Shown: positions 25,950-40,924 of the stretch, piece after piece | How the letters are laid out: the number at the start of each line of letters is the position of its first letter | Position numbering within the stretch: the first letter of the stretch is position 1 | Assembly: GCA_048128005.1 (NCBI GenBank) | Contig: JBEUKZ010000082.1 | Coordinates: 1 to 64,000 of the forward strand | Source of the DNA: Veleropilina oligotropha | Taxonomy: Eukaryota | Direction of reading: 5' to 3' | Length of the DNA: 64,000 nucleotides | The notes under the pieces: generated by a model | What the model was told of the DNA's origin: nothing | What the model saw: only the letters and a program-made list of their open reading frames with translations | Database searches by the model: none | Program-made: the position numbers and the translations under genes

Positions 25950-26875
25950 CAGCCCTCAAAGTTGCCATTTATTTTCACTGGCCGTTGGCTACCAACTTTC
26001 AAATTTTAGTGGCCAATTCAAAATTTCACTAGCCAGACAAAGAAAATTTAATAGCCAATATTAAATATCAATTTATCTCAACTTATACATGCAACAAAGC
26101 AAAGGAATCAAAATAACCATTTTGAAAATTATGATGTAAATTTTACCTAGAAACTTTAAATAATTTAATATTCAAATTGTTTCAATTTGTGATTTTCAAT
26201 ATTACACATTTTTAATTGTATTTTACATGTTTGTTCATTTTAATATAAAGAACGGTTCACCCAAAGGCTAATGTTAAAGGTATTTTGTATTTATAGTTCT
26301 TTCACTGTCAGTGGTCCAGTTTATTTTGACATGTGGCTTTCAATAATTTCTAGAACCATTAGCTTCTTTAAAGTTTAGGATCAAAGCATCTAGACCATTT
26401 AACTACAATAAATTTATTTATATCTCTCCCTGAAGCTTTATTGCTCGACTTGCGTGGTCTGTCAGGAAGGAGACAGAGACAAGCTCAATAACAACCTGGC
26501 CATGTCATTTAATAACACGCAAAATGATTGGCCTACAATTATTCATTGACCAATGAAAATGCGCGATAGGCATTCAGGCGTGTACGCCATAATGGCGGTC
26601 ATAACAATGCAACATGAGCCGGATGAAACTTTGACAGTGTCTGGATAACAACTTTTAGTGGTTTTGTAATAAACAGAACCAAGTAAACTCATGAAACATT
26701 GATTTAATAACTTAGTGGAAAGTCACAACACTGAAAAGCCATATAATGGCAGAATTTACGGTCGCCAACGTTATTTTAGATAGGTCGCCAATTGGCGACC
26801 AGGAATTATATGTTAGTCGCCAACGGTAAAAATTGGTCGCATATGTGACCAATTAGGTCGAAATATTGAGGGCTG
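25950..26875. mobile_element. MITE with CAG ends and 5-bp TSD
   Basis: TIR CAGCCCTCAA / TTGAGGGCTG; TSD CATAG. Confidence 0.85.
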
Positions 26876-27863
26876 CATAGAATTCACAAATTGGTTTTCA
26901 AGAGTTACGCCCCTTTGACAGACTTAGTTAATTATAATAAAGTTGATTAATTATAATTTAATAAAGTATGCAAAATCTTAAAATGTTTAACTGTTATACC
27001 TCTTTTACTACTGTGAAACATGTGTGATACATATAATACAGACCACGTTTCTGTATGATTTAATATTTATTCATCAAAGAGGCTGTCATGGTAATTTGCT
27101 ATTCTGTTAGGCAGCATCTCTCAATTCATACATCAAGTGGTCATGCACTTTTTTCAAATTGGCTTGTTGTCGAAGTTGCCTAAAAGGTGGAAGATCTGGT
27201 TGAAATCATTTCAAAATTGTCTTCCCCCCAAGAAGAAGAAGAACAACAACAACAACAACATGTACCATTCATTGACCCTGCTAGACGCAGGTAAAAATAA
27301 AACTACTGAACAAAATATTGTTTCTTACGTTTATTACTGGTATTACTCGCCAGTCTTGTTCCTTGCTAGGGTCAGAGGTGTCTGTCAGTGACACTGCCTT
27401 TGCTCGTAAAACCGAACGCCATTAGACCCGCCATTTTGCAAACACGTTTCTCGGGGAGTTTGCATTAATAATTTGGATGACAAATAGTTGTATGAAAGTA
27501 AGCGCAATTACTCAATTAATTTCACAAAATACATGTTTAAACTGGTTTCCTAAATAATATCTTCAAATTAAAGATAACAATATATATATATATTATATAT
27601 ATATATATATATACGAACTGCTCATCAACAGTGAAGTGGTCAAACTCGTAAATTATTTCTCCTGAATTCAAGTCTGTGCTTTCCGTAAGCAAAGCAGCGA
27701 TCGATGAAGTAAACGTTGCGAGATTGACACACCTGTGAAATTCGTGATTGTTCATTCGATAAACCGGTTTAACTTTGGTGATTTGATTAAGCATACAGTA
27801 CAGCATAAGTTTAAACACGCACACAACCAGATATTATATAATATTCATAAAAACATATGTATG

Positions 27864-28370
27864 CAGTGTTCTCCCCTGGTTTTGATGGTAGCAGGTAAAT
27901 TCCAGCTGGGGTCCGGGAGAAATTTTTGAAAAACCTCTTATTTTGAGACAATCTGGTGTTATCCGAGGCTTCATAGTAGTAGGTAAAATAATGACATTTG
28001 CGTGGTCGCCTCCAGGTAGCACCTGTAACATATTACTAACTTACCGTTTACCGAAAAGCTCGATAATTGTTTGCTGGTGTCGTTTCATTTTCAAGGTTCT
28101 TAGCAGGAAGTAGATGTCGCGTTAGTCTCAGCGTGCGCAATGACGCGATACAATAACTGTGTACTTCCGGGTGTGTGTAACGAGTGTCTAATGTGATCAA
28201 TATCGCGCGAAATATGTAAACTTATGGTAAGATTTAACATTTTATTTATTATCTCACATTATTTTAATAATCAGTCAACAAATATATACATTTCTCTGGA
28301 AATATTAGACGGGCGTTAAAAATATAAAACGGGCGGATTTGCCGACAGAACCGGCAAGGGGAGAACACTG
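27864..28370. mobile_element. MITE with CAG ends and 5-bp TSD
   Basis: TIR CAGTGTTCTCCCCT / AGGGGAGAACACTG; TSD GTATG. Confidence 0.87.
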
Positions 28371-30443
28371 GTATGCATTTGATAACAACAGTGGCGATTT
28401 TGAATGAAATAATCCGAATACAGATATGTGCGTCCGGCGATGTATTCATTTGCCGTCGGTCACAATGACCGATAGCAAATATATTTTATCAGTCAAATAC
28501 TTATTGTTGCCATTCGAAAACAACTACCAAGTCTCTTTTGTAAACAACAACATATTATACGGGACACATGATAACTTGTCCTGAAACTCCGCCCTCGAAT
28601 TTGACATTTGACCTAATGATTTCATTGGTCAATATTCGACCCAATGGTTCATAATGTTTCTCCAAAACGTTTGCGAGAGGCATGTAAGTTAATTTTTCAA
28701 TATATTGTTTGTTGAACAACCTAGTTACCGATACGTGTCAGCGCTGAGTGCTAAATAGGCGTAATTTGCAATTTATTCGTCGTTCTATCGAGTAGAGTGC
28801 AGAACACGCTTTCATTAGTGGCCTCCCTTGTCTATATTATATAGTAACAATGAACTGCGCTAATCGTCAGAAAACAGACTAACGATAAGGAGGGTTACAT
28901 GCCCCTCAGCCCTGTGGGTTAAGGCATATATCACTGGCGTCACTGGTATAAAGTTCCAAATTATTTAACACACTTCTAAAAGGTTCCACTTGGCCCAGCT
29001 TCTGAACAGAGAGCCTTCTGATATTTATAGCCTTGCTACAGTAACCAAAATCCTTTGCTCTCTCTGCTTAAAGCCAACAAACAAAAGTTGAAGATGTGGC
29101 ACTGTAATCGTGTGTATAATGTAATGGATGCATGGGCACAGGGCCAATTTTTCCTGGTGCCTTATCCTAATGGAAGACAGTCGTGGTTGGGGCCCTCTTG
29201 GAAGCATAAACTGTTCTTCTTTATCATTAACCGCAATCTGAGGGAGAGATAGCAACAAGTGCTTTTTAAATGCATCACGAGTTTGTTGCCTGCAGATCAT
29301 GGAATAAGATCATCCGAAAACTGTTTGAGATCTTGTCTCGCGTGGCGAATATCATATTTTATGCTGAATGTTATTAGGTATTATCATGGTTGAATTAGGA
29401 GAAACAAATTGGCCGATATGTCGTTTTTAATACCAGATCGTACATTTTGACTCACATAGGGTTGAGTTTTGAAATGATGGCAACTGTTGCTAACATAATA
29501 TATATATGAGTTAGTATAGTGAGCATATTTGGCAAGCATATTTTATTTGCATATCATGAATATACTAATCAGGTGAATATATAAAATTTATTTAATTAGG
29601 CAAAATCTTTGACGTTTGTTTGGTGTAATGAAAACATGTTGAGTTTGATATATATATATGTTATAATTCGAGCACTACACCATATCACACTTCCCTATAT
29701 ATATATATATATATATATATGTAACTTAAGATATAAATAAATAATATCATAGATATATATATATATATATATATATATCATTATGCCTATCTTTAATAAT
29801 TTATAAACACCTCAGGGTTGTCCACCACCTGTTTTAACATTTTGTGATAGTTTTGGTGATAACATTTATATATATGTATATCACATAATGTTGATGGCCC
29901 ATTAATGATTTATGGCGTTACAGGTATAGGTCACACAAGTTATGTTACATAGTTTTGATCATTGAAGTTTTTAAGGGAATAAGTTCAACCATAAATTTCA
30001 CTCTGGACGCTTTATACATTGTATAAGTTACACTCTGTGCGTTACCTATAGATAGTGTTGACAATCCTTGATATTTACATCGTCTGCTATTTAGCTCACT
30101 ACAGTTTGATTGCATTCATACTACTATGAACGCAATAGTGAAAATAGGCTAGGCGTAGTAATATCGCACTGTTTCTTGTTATAAATTAATATAATTGTAC
30201 ATGTAAAGTTTTGTCTCGAATGTTAAATTTACAGTAAAATAAATTTATGAATAGAAGTTAACAATTTTGTTCATTATTTTTACCACAGAATGAAATCCAT
30301 ACTATTTTTTTGCACGCTGGAAAGGCTGTTCCGTTAATTGGACGTTACCTGACGATATGTATACAATAATTACTACGCCATAACAAACTAAAATATTATG
30401 TTTATTTTTACGCAATTGTGGTTAAATACTAATGTAAATATAA

Positions 30444-30593
30444 GGATTGAACTGCAGTTGGACTGCGTTTATGATGCTATGAACTCAAGCAGCAATTACA
30501 TATTGTATATAGAGCGCTAACACGCACCATAGCAGATGTAATTGCTGCTTACATTCATAGCATCATAAACACAGTCCAACTGCAGTTCAATCC
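30444..30593. repeat. 150-bp fold-back inverted repeat
   Basis: ~58-bp arms GGATTGAACTGCAGTTGGACTG...AAGCAGCAATTACAT and its reverse complement, ~34-nt loop. Confidence 0.9.
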
Positions 30594-33500
30594 AGCACAT
30601 CTCTATTTTAATCTGTTATGTAATCATGCAGTGGGATAAGATTGGTCTGCAGAACCATAAAATCATATTGGTAGATAAAATGAGGATTGCAGGCACTTCA
30701 AGAGGCCACTGTCTATATTACAGTAGCACACATGGCTTTGGAAAATGTTCTAACTGAATTACAATTTTTGATGAGTGATACTTGTATGACAAACATCGTT
30801 ACAATGTAACATGTGCTGAAATCGGACTACTGTTGCAAATGTATCTCTGAAGAAGGATTAACAAAATTGAGAAAGTTATTGCATTTTGATATCCATAAAA
30901 TATAAAATAACTTTTATATATTCTAATTCAATTTTTTATTTTACTAACTTTTATACACATTTTATTTTCAATCAATCTGTCTTTATTACTTAATTAGTGT
31001 GGAATTGCGCTCGTTTTTGATGCACCGGAATTGAGAGGATGTTTTGACAGTTCTCGTTTAGATCCAGATACCTAGACTGCCAGCTTTAAATGGTAGTAAT
31101 GGATTTGGCGATAGCTTTCAGACTCTCCAGCAATAGGTCTGCTCTTTCAGAGTGGTCTGGACGGAAATATGTCAATATTTATTTGTATCAGAGTCTGTGT
31201 TTCTATATCAGGTATGTATGGTTGGTCAAACAGCTGCTGATGGGGAGAAGACCGCCCAGGTAGCCATGTCATCTCTAGTGCAGACTCTGAAATCACTGGT
31301 TTCCTGCTGTAACGATCAGGCGTGCGTTCGAGTCTCAGTTGGAGCATTGGCATCCATTTTCAGTTACTACTCACAGTTGTCCATGTAGCTGGCCGGACAG
31401 AGCAGGTTTTCCGGTACAACTGGGTTTCCAATCGGCATGTCCCGAGGCCCGTTGCTTTAGTTAAACCATTTGCAACTATTTTCCGATTTGCCGACGCAAC
31501 GTGATGCTATGATGTAACGGTTACCTAACGATGCTTAGCGATTGGTAGTGTAAAATCTTTGCGCTACTATTACAATCAACAATGGCGTCCAATACATGTC
31601 GAGGGCATCGCTAGCTCACTACGGTTATCATTGAAAATGGATTTAACGTAGGGGAAAATCTGATATCCCAAAATCCAACACTCACTAATTCCTCATGATT
31701 TTGCATGTTCTCTTTTTATGTCCGTTCATTTAATTAATATTTGCCTAAAAGTAACGCAATTGTGATGCCATGTTATCAATCGCTTTTGACGTTGCGTCGT
31801 TGCTTTGTCAACCGCTATGCCGCTACGTAGTAACCGTTAACGATTGCAAACTGTTTAATGAATATACGGGACATTAAGCATCTTTCCTTTCGGTGGAGAA
31901 TACTTGGTTCAGTTAACAGTCACAGTTGTCCATAACTGACGGGAGACAGCAGTGCTTTAACTTGTAGCCTCGTCCGATTGGTCGTGCAAATCATGAAATG
32001 GTAAAATTAAAGGTTCTGAGCCAATTCTGCATCCTCATTTGTTGGGCTACATACTATGCGTTTTTGTAGTCTCGCTCTTTGTGTACCAAGAGGTGCACAT
32101 ACATCTGATAACCCAAAACAGCATTCCAGGAGGTTGGGGTCAATATTCCAGAAGATTGGGGTCAAATTCCAGTTGTATTTTTATGGTCGATTATGTTGTA
32201 TACTTTTAATTATTTGCATAAAAGACATGTATAGAAATGATAGTAACAGTAATCTTACACGATCAAAACAATAAATAAGATTTATATAAAAAAATACCGC
32301 AATGAATAATTTAACTTTTTAATAATTAATATGTTGATATTGCTACAAGTTCTAAGTGTTATCATAGTAAATTTATTCAAAACAATAAATGCACTATCAT
32401 ATTTATATGGTCAATCAATATAAAACATGTGGTTATAATTAAGGCAATCTATACCTTACTTGCAACTGAACAAAATATATCACTTGTCAATCTCCTATCT
32501 ACATGACAACTTGCAAGTACTTGGAAACTGTTGATCTGGGTTTTACGTTCTTATCAGTACTGCATTTATCAGTAACTACAAAGTCAATCCATAATTTACT
32601 TTCAACTGAACATGGCTTCAGGTGGTTGGAAACTGTTGATCCGGTCTTTCTTTTATCCATTCGTATTTTACATCCTGGATTAGTAAATGCACATGGTTCT
32701 TCCGGGGACGTTTTGCGGATTAATTTTTGTAGTTTCGTATCACTTCTTGCTGGCATAACATTTGAATTGTCATTTATACAAATAAATGACATTCATAGGA
32801 GTGAAATAACTGATATTGGAACTGTAATGGGGTATCAATCAGGACGAACAATGCCCATTCAAGATCACCATTGATCCATGTAAGTAACGATAATGCGCTT
32901 GGAACAGTAAACAAACATCGCGGTGACAGGGATCAAATTAAGGTAGGGTACGGGTACTAGAGTACAATGCATAGAGATCTATTGTTAATTACATTGTAAG
33001 GAAATAATATTACTGGATAATTAAATTAGCGCTGGCAGATTATCTGATTTCGGGAGACTCCCAGAGTAGACCATTTTGGGGGTGCCGATTTCGGGAGTAA
33101 CATACTTCCAGCTGGAGGCATCACATGTGTAAGCATTCTAAAAAATAGTTTTTCAATGTTTACTATGACTTGTTTTCAGGACAACTACTGTTCGAGGTCT
33201 GTTGTGGCTTAGAATCAACTTTCTGGTGCAGTCACCCCTGGTTAATAAGCTGGAGCTAATTTTCAATTCTTCCAATCTAGAAAGATCAAGTTGTTGTATC
33301 ACCGGACAATGTTACACACAATGTAGTATGATTTAGTCATCATTTTGATTTGATTCTAATTTGATATGCACATTGTTCTGATGAGGAGGAGATGCTTAAC
33401 GATTTTCTTCATTTTCGAATTCAAGATGGCCGCCGTGTCGGCCATTTTGTTTGAAGAGATTCCTTGTTATTGTTTGATAATGCTGCGTTTCAATAACCAC

Positions 33501-34741
33501 CATCTCTACCATACATGAAGGGGATGATTACCAGATAGTCATTGAAATTGAGAGTTTAAAGAAAAATAAATCATTGACTGCATTAATTAAAACTTTTCAC
33601 TGTGTATGATCCATGAGCAAATTGCCTGGAAAATTATTTGCTTGGCAGCCCCGCTTGATAACCAACATCTAACAACATCAATTGCTTTGTCAGTGACTTA
33701 TGCATGTATATGTAATTGCGTTGGATGTGGACAGTTGAGTGTACTTTCTAGGTACAACACAAGAAACACATGGGGAATTCTAACCTTTCATCTGTGCTAA
33801 GAAATAACGATCAAGCATTAACTGCCTTCTGTAGCCAAATTCCTAAGATGTGCAAGAAATTACCCCACTGCGACTTTGGTTTTTGCAGTGCCATGCTCTG
33901 GTAATGAACCATGAGGATGATATTGAAAAGGTCCCTGGTAGAAGTGTGCTAAGCTCATTAAGACTAGAGTGGTGTCAGAATTGAAATGTACCGGTACAAG
34001 ATGTAGCTTGATGGATGGGTTATTAAAAGAAAATTAATTCCTGTAAATTAAACAAATTGTTTTTGAAACCATGTTGATGGAGACAGACATTATATATATA
34101 TATTTATTATTGTATATATATATATATATATACAGGCCTGCACAAATTGAATTTTTGCATAACCCGTTTGTGGATTACGCCAAATAGTAGTTGCGTAACC
34201 CATTTTATTTGGGTAACCCTTTTTATACAAAACTTTCACTTCATTAATAATACTTGATACCGGTACATATATAATATAATATTGCTAATATTGTTGGTAA
34301 TAAATTGTATAATTGATGTAGTTTTTTATTAATAATTATTTTTTAAAATGGGTATCAATAAACTTTTTAATTTTAATTGGAATTTAATTTATTAATTTTT
34401 AAATCAATTTTATAATTGATCCAAGTGTCACGACTGATTGCGAGTTTTCACTTGTACAGTATTGAGATAACAATAACATGGAAAATTTTGCAGTATAAAT
34501 ATATTGTATACATTTAAATATAGACACAATTCTATATTTATAAAAGCAATTCCATTATTGTGTTATGCCATGCTTTGTTTATACAATTTTAAAAGCAGTA
34601 TATTGCGGTTTCAGCCATATCAACATTCGTTACTTGACTAGGTAAATATCTATTGAATTGAATAAACCGAAATTTTGCGCGAACGAAAATTGGGTTACGC
34701 AACATTGCATTTGCGCGAGCTTCAGGCGAGCGGAGCGATCT

Positions 34742-35325
34742 TGGTATACGTTGGATTAAATACCTCATAACGTTAAACCACTCGGCGCTAGCGCCTCGTG
34801 GTTTAACTTGATTCGGTATTCAATCCACCGTATTCACCGCAACGTGGTCCGACAACTTATATTATCTTGCCTTTGACGTTAATCCGTCGTTCTGATTGGA
34901 TGACGTCAGTTACGTAAATACCCTTATACCCCGTCTGTTTGATGTTATTTTCAAACAGACGGGGTATAAATAACTTATTACCCGTCTCCATGGAGATCGG
35001 AGAGGCTCGGCTCTTTCCGTAAAATCGATAACGCCGTCTGCTTCATTGCAATGTAAACAAAGCGATTAATATTCATGGCTGCGTCCGTATCAAGTGAAAC
35101 CAAGTTGTCAACAATAATCAGATAGTGAGTTATTTAATAGATACGCAAATGATTATTATATAAAGGCAAGATAAATTCGTTGTCGAATCTCCGTCTTGGT
35201 AGTATACGGTATGTTGTACACCTTTTGACGTTGAACTCCCTCGGCTATCGCCTCGGGGTTTAACGTCAGGCGGTGTACAACATACCGTATACTACCGCGA
35301 CGTCGTTCGACAACTTATAATATCT
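34742..35325. mobile_element. Two abutting hairpin-ended non-autonomous elements (Crypton-like architecture)
   Basis: Long stems around CTCGGCGCTAGCGCCTCG and CTCGGCTATCGCCTCG loops, both ending CGACAACTTATA; internal IR ATCTTGCCTTT / AAAGGCAAGAT. Confidence 0.55.
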
Positions 35326-38300
35326 TGTAGTACCAATATTTGTATCAATGTTAATGGATTGGTGTCTTTATAAATTAATTACCAACAACATAAATCAGGT
35401 GCTTCCGGATCTCAATGTATTGTTCATAGCGAGATGCATAGTTACGTTACTCTTGTTCCGAGACATAATCTGAAATCCATTCATATCCGCTTCGTAGCAA
35501 TGTAATAGCATAGTGGGTAGTATGTTTGGTTTAAATTACGATTGTTGAAGTGCTTGATTCTTTTTTGTGCGCATCATGCGTAACATAGGAGTGTTATGAT
35601 ATGAGCGGGAACTGTATTATTCAGCCTATCATTGTTCTTCTACTTTGTGAGTTACAAATTCAAGCTGACAACGACAGGTGCCACCAGTGTATTGGAATTT
35701 GGGGTCTATTGATGCAGTTGTGTGGGCAGAGCTCCACAAATAAATGAGTTGTGTTGAACAAGGAGCTAAAGTGTGAAGTATCTAATATCGATGATATATG
35801 GGAATGTGTGAACATATGAAATACTGGCCTTCTTGAACATGTGGTGCATTCAAATATACTTAGTGACTCAATTTATGGTTAATTCGATAATGAAGCTGTT
35901 CAAAACCCATTTAGGTAGTATATTTCAACCAGACACATCTATATGTTCATATTGTTTATTGTTACATTTTAAGGCATAATATCATCATTTAAAATTTAAA
36001 TACATAAAATTTGTAGATTTTAATTGTCAACATGTTCAAAACGATGTTCAATTGTTGGTTTCAACTTTGGTCATCAAGTTTCATTATGCCCCCCACAATG
36101 TATTGTGAGGGGCATTTAGATTTGCCCTTGTCCATCCGTTCGTCCTGAAAACCAGTATTTACATGCAAGTAACATTCATTTTGAGACACATAATATTCTA
36201 GTTTTCTTTATACATTAAATTTTTATTTTTGTCTTAAGCTACTCACAGCTAGCCTTAGTACATATAGGTACTGTGTGGGCAGGAACACATTTCCATCAGT
36301 AAAAGTGCACATGACGAAAACAACAACAGACTGACAGGTTTATGGTGGCGTAATCTACCAGTGTTGAGAATATGCACCTGCTAAGCTCCTGTTGACCGCT
36401 TTAAAATGAACAAATAACAAAATGTCAGATATCTGCAGGAAATGTTTTTCTAATGATCCTTATATTACAAGTGGTGTGCAATTGGATGAAATCTAAAATT
36501 TTCTAAGTTATTTTCCCAGTGGTGGATAACTTGTTGTTGTTTAAAACATGTGTTACAAACGTAGAAAACGTTTCTGACATGTCTGATGAAATTTTGATTT
36601 TGCTTTTGACATCGACATATCGTTATGTTGGCCGGTCTGGAAGTTGGGTGGTTTTGATTGCCGACTCTGAAATCACTGGCGTGATTGTGCTAATTACTAA
36701 CAGGTGTGGGTTCGAATCTTGGTTGGGGTGATGACATTCGTTGTTCAGTTATCAATCGCAGTAATCCGTAACTGGCGGGTTTCCCTGGACCATCAAGCTT
36801 TAATTCCTCCCGCGATATAATATGAACACGTCATGCCTTGAACCTCGATCATTTTCATTTCATCACTGTGTTGACTGTACCACACTAGGGCTATTGTGTC
36901 TGTGTCGATGTGATAATCGCTGCTGGTTTATTTTACCACAACGATTATAAGTATTGAATGTATAATGCCTTAGGCATACGTCATTACTGGTCCTGGACAT
37001 CTTTTGTGGCATCGTGGCGGAGTTTTAGTCTGGTCGGATAATTTGGACATAAAAATGAGATTTCGAAACTACAACGTAAATAAATGTCGGATTAACATAA
37101 TACATGTATATATAATATTGAATATTTAAATTTGTAATATTTTATTTATGACACAAATTTCTAACAAAACAATTCATTTTCTTAAATATTGCGAGTCTGA
37201 AATTTGAGAATATCAGGTCTATCATGAACAGTTTTTAAACTGGGTGGAAAGTTACCAGATGCAAGTTACAGTGCAATATTTATGTTCTTCTCCATATAGC
37301 ACTTGTAAGTGGCCTGAAGCTCTGCCTGGTCACATGGCCACTTGTACAGGCTTTAGTTTACTGTTCAGAAGGTCAGGAAAGTACATTATAGTTACCAATA
37401 CGTCTATAGGGTTGTCAGATGTTAAAGTTTGTAGGTTAGTAATTAGGAGTATTATATCGTAAACCATATCTGGTAGCCAAGATCTATGAATTGGAGGAAT
37501 TCTATAAAGTGAAAGCCCAAATTTGCAGATAATCTACTCAAGATGAATGATTCATTTCATTAAACATATTAGCGCTATTGGGCATTTTACTAATGTCCTT
37601 GACCTCATGTTTATAAATGCATGTATTACATTTGCTGGAAGGTGTTTAATATTTTCATGTCACTACTTCACTTAGATGTGCATGGTATATATATATATAT
37701 ATATTCTTTTTGTAGATATCACAATAATACTAAGAGTGCATTTGTTCCATAAATTAATGATTAATGATTTCTTAATTGTGTCATGAAATCCAAACCTGTC
37801 CTAACGCTGTTCTTTGACCTACTACATATAGTTGAGTCTCCTCATATCCTAATTAGCTTCGTTATAATCCTCTTATTGTATCCTCCACTCGTGCCACAAT
37901 TGTGTTGTCATGACGACAGCGGTTACTAGAGACGCGATGTTGATGTCGGAGCGGTGATGCTGTATTATTCATCTTCCAGCCGCACGCATATAACCGACAA
38001 TTTGGTAATTATCGATCGATGAAATTCTCATTACATCATTAGTTGTATGGAAGAGGAAAATGTGAAAAGCGTTGCTCGACACGACGACCAATCACGATAG
38101 TGCCGTGAACGGAAAATAGACATAAACGAGAAAAGGATATTATGCCATTTATCAAGCACTTTATTTTTATCGTCTCAGCAATAGCATTAAACGGAAGGCT
38201 GGTTTTGATTGATAAGGACATTACAAGTATTGCATCTGCATTCGACTTGATGTATTTTGAGTGAAATTGTGAAGCATATATTGTCTACTCGGTTCTGTTA

Positions 38301-38438
38301 ATATGGAAATAAATTAACTTTTATCATTTTTTTTGCTCAATTAGATGGAAAGGATCTTGATCTTCCTTCCGTCTGCTAAAATTCTGATAATTGGATACTT
38401 ATTTCTCTCAATGAAACAGTTGATTTACTACCATTTAA

Positions 38439-38640
38439 TAATAATAATAATAATACTCCGGTCTTATATAGCGCATTATTACGCTAGTGTCTCAATGCGC
38501 TGAACATTATTACCCCTGGTTATGGGCCTGTTCCACTCGATGTACCATCTCAACTCCCTCTGGGAGCATTACAGTCATTTACACGCGGGTAGCGCCGTGA
38601 CTTACATAACTGCCTACCAGGTACCCATTTTCAGCTCTAT
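38439..38640 (-). mobile_element. SINE 3' part with LINE2-type tail
   Basis: Minus strand reads AAATGGGTACCTGG ... AGCGCATTGAGACAC...GCGCTATATAAG...(ATT)n. Confidence 0.65.
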
Positions 38641-39036
38641 TGCTGAATGTTATGGCGTCGGACAGTCACACACATTAAACTTGTGCTGTTAGGACATGAC
38701 GTTAAAATCTTGACCAACCTGGCTTATTTTAACAGAAGAATTGACTTCAGACCTGTTACCTTTACTTGGAGGAAGGCTTAAAATCAAGTGTTCAGTCTAC
38801 AATAGGACTAAACAATTATTATAATGTTACCAAACTAATCACTTCAAGTCCATTCAATGTTAGCATTACTGATTATACATCCATTTTAAATTTAATGTTA
38901 TTCAGTTTAATTTTGCTCTGTCAAAAAGTAACCATTAAGCGAATTAATATATTTATAAGTATGTAATTATATATAAATGCATAATAACTAGACATTTATT
39001 CCGATTAGAAATAAACCACTTTCCACCATTTCAAAA

Positions 39037-40085
39037 TTTTTGGCCCGTCTGCTAGGCATGGCTATAGTTGTGGACTGGCGTCCGCTGATTGCTTTGTCAC
39101 ATAGAAGACGAACCACTGGAACTATGCTTTTCATATTTGGTATACACCTTGTATACCATCAGGCCTTGCCTAAGTTCAAAGATGGGGTCAAAGGTCAAGG
39201 TTATTTTCTTGTATTTAGAATCTGGACTTGGAAGATGGCTTTCTGTCAAATAGAAGCTGAACTGCTGGACCTATGCTTTTCATATTTGGTATTTACCTTG
39301 TATACCATTAAGCCTTGCCTAAGTTCAAAGATTGGGGTCTAAGGAAAAGGTCATTTTTGTGTATTTCCAATCTGGACCTGGAAAATTGCTTTCTGTCCAT
39401 TACAAGACGAAGATCTGGACCTACTCTTTTCATATTTGGCATACACCTTGTATACCATCAGGCCTTGATTAAGTTCAAAGATGGGGTCACTGGGTCAAAG
39501 CTCAAGGTCATTTTCATGTATATCCATTCTTGACTCTGAAGATCGCTTTCTGTCACATAGAAGGTGAACCGCTCGACCTACGCTTTTCATATTTGGTATA
39601 CACTCTGACAGTTTGTAACCCATCAGGCCTTGCCCAAGTCCACAGATGGGGTCAAGGTCGTTTGCATGTATTTCCAACCTGGACTTGGAAGATTTCTTTC
39701 TGTCAAATAGAAGACAAACCATTGGACCTACCTTGTATGTATATCCATACCATCAGGCCTAGCCTAATTTCGATGATGTGGTCACTGGGTCAAAGGTCAT
39801 TCATTTTCGTGTATTTCCATTCTTGACTTGGATGATCGCTTTCTGTCACATACAAGACGAAACGCTGTCCAGAGCTATGCTTTTCATATATGGTATACAC
39901 CTTGTATACTATCATGCCTTGCGTAGTTCAAAGTTGGGGTCACTGGGTCAAAGGTCAAGGTCATGAACTAATGTAACATATATACTTTCTGACAGTTACT
40001 ATTATCGAGTTATTGATTATTTAATCTCTGTGGAACTATATATATATACATAATGCGGGCCAGTACGAGGAGCGTACCTCTAGTT
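39037..40085 (+). mobile_element. HINE with diverged core repeats
   Basis: TTTTTGGCCCG start, GCGGGCC subTIR, GTACG..CGTAC hairpin, CTAGTT end; same family as 61537-63039. Confidence 0.8.
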
Positions 40086-40809
40086 CGGAATATCTATGAT
40101 TTGGCATTTCAATATTAATCTTCGGTTCCAAATGCTCATAATTCTTCACAGTCAGTCATTTTCTAAACAAGTAACCTGACATTTGTACCATAATGATGCA
40201 TTATAATTGTTTAGACGGTCTGCCATTTATATTCCGTCCAGCTGGCTTCTCAAACTCATATATTGATTAACAATAAAAAAGGCAATAAAACATCAATGTT
40301 TTTTGTAGTAGCCTAATATACATGATATATAGATGTCATTTTGTCAGCACGGGATATCTTCATTTGTCATGAATGTTGATTAAAGCGCCGTGTCTATTGT
40401 GAACTTTTCGAAATATTGCGTGCATGTTTGTCCATCCAGTGGTGTTAGGTTCGGTTCCGTCATTGACAAGCGCATTGATCATTATATATAATAGAATCAT
40501 TATGGGGTGAAAACGTGCAATAATTTTGTGCATGATGAGCTGCCTATAATAGCGTCATCATATTGGGGCAATTCGTCCTTGCATTAACCTTTCAGGAGGT
40601 GAAAATTCTCATGTAACATAAATAATGTTCAGGTGTTCAGTCATGGAAGTTGGATATCAACCTTAATTTTCAGTCTGTTGTGGCTTGCAGAGGCGATCAA
40701 AGCATTTGGGTTATAGCTAGAATATTAAATATAACCTTTTTTGCATCATACAAGTGAGAATACTCATAATGATCATTATAAATTTCTCACACCAACCAGA
40801 ACGTAAAAA

Positions 40810-40924
40810 CTCAAGCAAATATGTGACGCAATTTGAGCAAATATGTGACAACTTGAGCAAATATGTGACGCAACTTGAGCAAATATGTGACACAACTTGA
40901 GCAAATATGTGACGCAACTTGAGC
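40810..40924. repeat. ~21-23-bp minisatellite x5
   Basis: CTTGAGCAAATATGTGACGCAA units. Confidence 0.9.

Noticed and set aside
28100..28235. Promoter or first exon (CTTCCGG, GTAAGA donor)
   Set aside because: Lies inside the 27864-28370 MITE; no linked exon found.
32499..32874. Overlapping 97- and 123-aa ORFs
   Set aside because: Inside a repeat copy with no recognisable domain.
35601..35680. Candidate signal-peptide exon (MSGNCIIQPIIVLLLCELQIQA) for the TY gene
   Set aside because: Weak hydrophobic core and no phase-0 donor compatible with the 46173 exon.
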